Shown here: positions 23,406 through 26,231 of the stretch, one piece after another
Layout of the letters: each line of letters starts with the position of its first letter
Position numbering within the stretch: position 1 is the first letter of the stretch
IMG/VR virus record: IMGVR_UViG_3300032247_001283
Coordinates: 1-26,231 of that record
Origin: a virus
Lineage: Duplodnaviria; Caudoviricetes
Strand: one strand, 5' to 3'
DNA length: 26,231 nucleotides
The notes under the pieces: generated by a model
Databases searched by the model: none
What the model was told of the DNA's origin: nothing
Seen by the model: only the letters and a program-made list of their open reading frames with translations
Position numbers and translations under genes: made by a program

Positions 23406-25840
23406 TGGCCAACTCTCCAAGTTCCAATATCGACAAGGGTCTGATGCAGGCCCCCGAAATGCCCGAGATGGAGGGCATGGACATGGAAATGGGGGATGAA
23501 GGCGGCGAAGAAGCCCCTTACTCGATTGAAGAGGACGAGGATGGCGGCGCAACCATCACCTATGAGGGTGGTGAAGGGGCCAAGGACATCTCTTCTCTGG
23601 GCTTTGGCGACAATCTGGCCGAGGTCCTTGAGCCACGATACCTGTTCGGTATTGCCAAGGAACTCAGCATCGCTGTCGAGGAAGACGACGAGGGCCGTGA
23701 AGAGTGGAAAAAGGTCTACGAAGAAGGCCTGACCCTGCTCGGCATCAATTACGAGGAGCGTACAGAGCCTTTTGAAGGGGCAACTGGCGTCACTCACCCC
23801 ATCCTGAACGAGGCTGTGACCCAGTTTCAGGCGCAGGCCTACAAGGAAATGCTCCCCTCGAACGGTCCGGCACGTACGCAGATCGTCGGACAGTCTACTC
23901 CGGAGAGAGAAGCGCAGGCAGATCGCATCAAGAACTTCCTGAACTACTATATCACGACCGAAATGGAGGAATACGACCCCGAATATGACCAGATGCTCTA
24001 CTATCTGGGCTACGGTGGCTCGACTTTCAAAAAGGTTTACCACGACAGCGACATGCAGCGCGCTGTTTCGCCCGTTATTTACCCGAATGACCTGATCGTT
24101 CCCTACACTGCGCGCGATATCCGCACCGCGGAGCGTGTAACGCACGTCATTCGCCTCACTCCGAACGAATTGCGCAAGCAACAGGTGTCAGGTTTCTACC
24201 GCGACATCGAAATGCAGGACCCGACAGAGTCCGAGCGCGACGAAGTCGTGGAAAAAGTCGATAAAATCACGGGCATCGAGCCGGGCAACAAGCCCGACGT
24301 GTACCGGATCTACGAAATCCACACCAATCTGGACATCGAGGGGTTCGAAGACCTCGATGCCGATGGCAATCCGACAGGAATCAAGCTCCCGTACATCGTC
24401 ACGATGAATGCGGACACCAACGACGTCCTCGCTATCCGTCGCAACTACAGCGAAAAGGATCCGAAGAAGCGTTCGCAGCAGTATTTCGTCCACTACAAGT
24501 TTCTTCCCGGCCTTGGTTTCTACGGCTTCGGTCTTGTCCACCTGCTAGGCAACCTGTCACGCTCTTCGACGTCCATCCTGCGCCAGTTGATTGATGCTGG
24601 TACGCTGTCGAACCTTCCGGCGGGCTTCAAAGCCAAGGGCTTGCGCATCCAAGACGAAGGCTCGCTGTTGCAGCCGGGCGAATGGCGCGACGTTGACGCT
24701 CCGGGTGGCAGCCTGCGCGAAAGCCTGATGCCGCTCCCCTACAAAGAGCCAAGCGCAACGCTGATGCAGTTGCTTGGTTTCTGTATCAGTGCGGCTGAAA
24801 AGTTTATCGGTACAGCCGATCTGGGCATGAGCGATTCCAATCAGGAAATGCCTGTTGGTACGACGATTGCTTTGCTGGAACGTGGCTCACGTGTCTTGAG
24901 CGCAGTCCACAAGCGCCTGCACTATGCACAAAAGCAGGAGCTGAAGCTGCTGTCCCGCGTTATACGCGACACGGTAGGTGCGTATCCCTACGATGTTGCG
25001 GGCGGTCGCCAGATTTTCGCGCAGGACTTCGATGATCGCATCGATATTATCCCTGTCAGCGACCCCAACATCTTCTCGATGACGCAGCGCATCTCCTTGG
25101 CGCAAGAGCAACTCCGTCTTGCCCAAGCTGCGCCGCAGATGCACAACCAATACGAAGCCTACCGCCGGATGTATTCGGCTCTGGGTGTGCATGACATTGA
25201 TCTGATCCTTCCGCCCCCTGCCCAGCCGCAGCCGGAAGGCCCCGCGATTGAGAACGCGCGGTCAATGACTATCCCTAACGGCGCTCCTCAGTTGAAAGCG
25301 TTTCCGGGGCAGGACCATCAATCGCACATCATGTCGCATATCTCGTTCATCAAGTCGCCTTTGGTCCAGACGTCCCCTCAGGTCTACGGCATCTTGTTGG
25401 CCCACGTGTTTGAACACGTCTCTCTGATGTCGATGGAACTTGTACAGCAGCAGGCACAGGCCATGATGCAGCAGGCTCCTCCGAGACTTAACCCGATGAC
25501 GGGTCAGATGATGCCTCCGCCTCCGCCTCCTCAGGAGCTTATCCAGAAGGCCGCGGCCGCTGAAGAAGCACAGCTTATCCAAGCAATCATGGGTCAGCTT
25601 TCACCTCAACAGGCGGAAGATCCGTTGATCCAGTTGCAGCAGCGCGACCTTGACATCCGCGAGCAGGCTGTAAAACTGAAGGCTGAAGAAGCTGCTCTTC
25701 GTATCGATCTCGATGAGCGCAAGCTTCAAGCCAAACAGGCCGAGGACAACACCCGTCGTGCTTCGACAGAGGATATCCAACAGCTTCGTGCTAACGTCTC
25801 CCTAGCCCGTGCCCGTGAGGCAAAAAGGCCCGCCCAATGA
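23405..25840 (+). CDS. Portal protein
   Basis: 811 aa, coupled to terL; HPILNEA..FQA, GSTFKKVY, PG.GFYG.G, LIDAGTL.N motifs. Confidence 0.88.
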   Translation: MANSPSSNIDKGLMQAPEMPEMEGMDMEMGDEGGEEAPYSIEEDEDGGATITYEGGEGAKDISSLGFGDNLAEVLEPRYLFGIAKELSIAVEEDDEGREEWKKVYEEGLTLLGINYEERTEPFEGATGVTHPILNEAVTQFQAQAYKEMLPSNGPARTQIVGQSTPEREAQADRIKNFLNYYITTEMEEYDPEYDQMLYYLGYGGSTFKKVYHDSDMQRAVSPVIYPNDLIVPYTARDIRTAERVTHVIRLTPNELRKQQVSGFYRDIEMQDPTESERDEVVEKVDKITGIEPGNKPDVYRIYEIHTNLDIEGFEDLDADGNPTGIKLPYIVTMNADTNDVLAIRRNYSEKDPKKRSQQYFVHYKFLPGLGFYGFGLVHLLGNLSRSSTSILRQLIDAGTLSNLPAGFKAKGLRIQDEGSLLQPGEWRDVDAPGGSLRESLMPLPYKEPSATLMQLLGFCISAAEKFIGTADLGMSDSNQEMPVGTTIALLERGSRVLSAVHKRLHYAQKQELKLLSRVIRDTVGAYPYDVAGGRQIFAQDFDDRIDIIPVSDPNIFSMTQRISLAQEQLRLAQAAPQMHNQYEAYRRMYSALGVHDIDLILPPPAQPQPEGPAIENARSMTIPNGAPQLKAFPGQDHQSHIMSHISFIKSPLVQTSPQVYGILLAHVFEHVSLMSMELVQQQAQAMMQQAPPRLNPMTGQMMPPPPPPQELIQKAAAAEEAQLIQAIMGQLSPQQAEDPLIQLQQRDLDIREQAVKLKAEEAALRIDLDERKLQAKQAEDNTRRASTEDIQQLRANVSLARAREAKRPAQ

Positions 25841-26231
25841 ACCCGACGGAACTCTTCTCCTCGCTTGAAGCCCGGTACAAACTGCCGCAGGGATACCTTG
25901 GCCGTGTTTATCAGGTCGAGAGCGAGGGCGGAAAGAACGTCTTCAACGAGAAGAGCAAGGCTGCTGGTCCGTTCCAGTTCACGCCGCGCACAGCGCGTGG
26001 GATGGGTTTGGAAAACCCTTACGATCTTGAACAGTCCGCAGAAGCCGCAGCACGTCTGGCAAGTGAGAACCGCACTTACTTGAAGAAGAACGGCATTGAG
26101 AACGTAGACGGTCGCGTTCTCTACCTTGCACACAACCAAGGCGCAGATGGTGCGCTTCGCTTGCTGACAAATGCAGACAAGCCTGCGACGGAAGTTGTTC
26201 AGAAGGACGCCGTTCTTTTGAACTCCGGCAA
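25837..26231 (+). CDS. Lytic transglycosylase (SLT) domain protein, truncated by the window end (absent from ORF track)
   Basis: Manual translation MNPTELFSSLEARYKLPQGYLGRVYQVESEGG...AAGPFQF...YLAHNQG; ATGA overlap with the portal stop. Confidence 0.82.
   Translation, partial: MNPTELFSSLEARYKLPQGYLGRVYQVESEGGKNVFNEKSKAAGPFQFTPRTARGMGLENPYDLEQSAEAAARLASENRTYLKKNGIENVDGRVLYLAHNQGADGALRLLTNADKPATEVVQKDAVLLNSG

Noticed and set aside
25440-25800. Pro/Gln-rich low-complexity portal tail
   Set aside because: Common in portals of this type; not a separate repeat element
1-26231. tRNA, integrase, reverse transcriptase/DGR or stop-codon recoding
   Set aside because: None recognisable; core genes are intact under the standard code

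Overview
A 26 kb segment of a tailed dsDNA phage, probably podovirus-like. An alphaproteobacterial host is inferred from a GcrA-like gene, an orphan OmpR/CtrA-type winged helix and an alphaproteobacterial-type thermonuclease. From left to right: a lysis cassette (membrane protein, holin-like protein, GH108 endolysin); a reverse-strand SNF2 helicase; a replication operon (SSB-like protein, AEP primase, UvrD helicase, family A polymerase with Leu at the 762-equivalent position, HNH-like nuclease); about 6 kb of small leftward early genes; a 97-bp inverted-repeat element with IHF sites; terS and a VRR-NUC-like nuclease; a leftward accessory island made of repeated promoter/terminator modules and rich in a strand-biased GCGGGC motif; then terL, portal and a partial lytic transglycosylase. 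The most notable signals are (1) truncated GcrA-like and CtrA-like regulators, one with a palindromic operator and a likely leaderless mRNA, (2) the symmetric repeat/IHF element upstream of terS, (3) dispersed 7-bp-period CCRYGGW repeats, and (4) the modular island separating terS from terL. All family assignments come from motif recognition by eye and all counts are manual; no database search was run.
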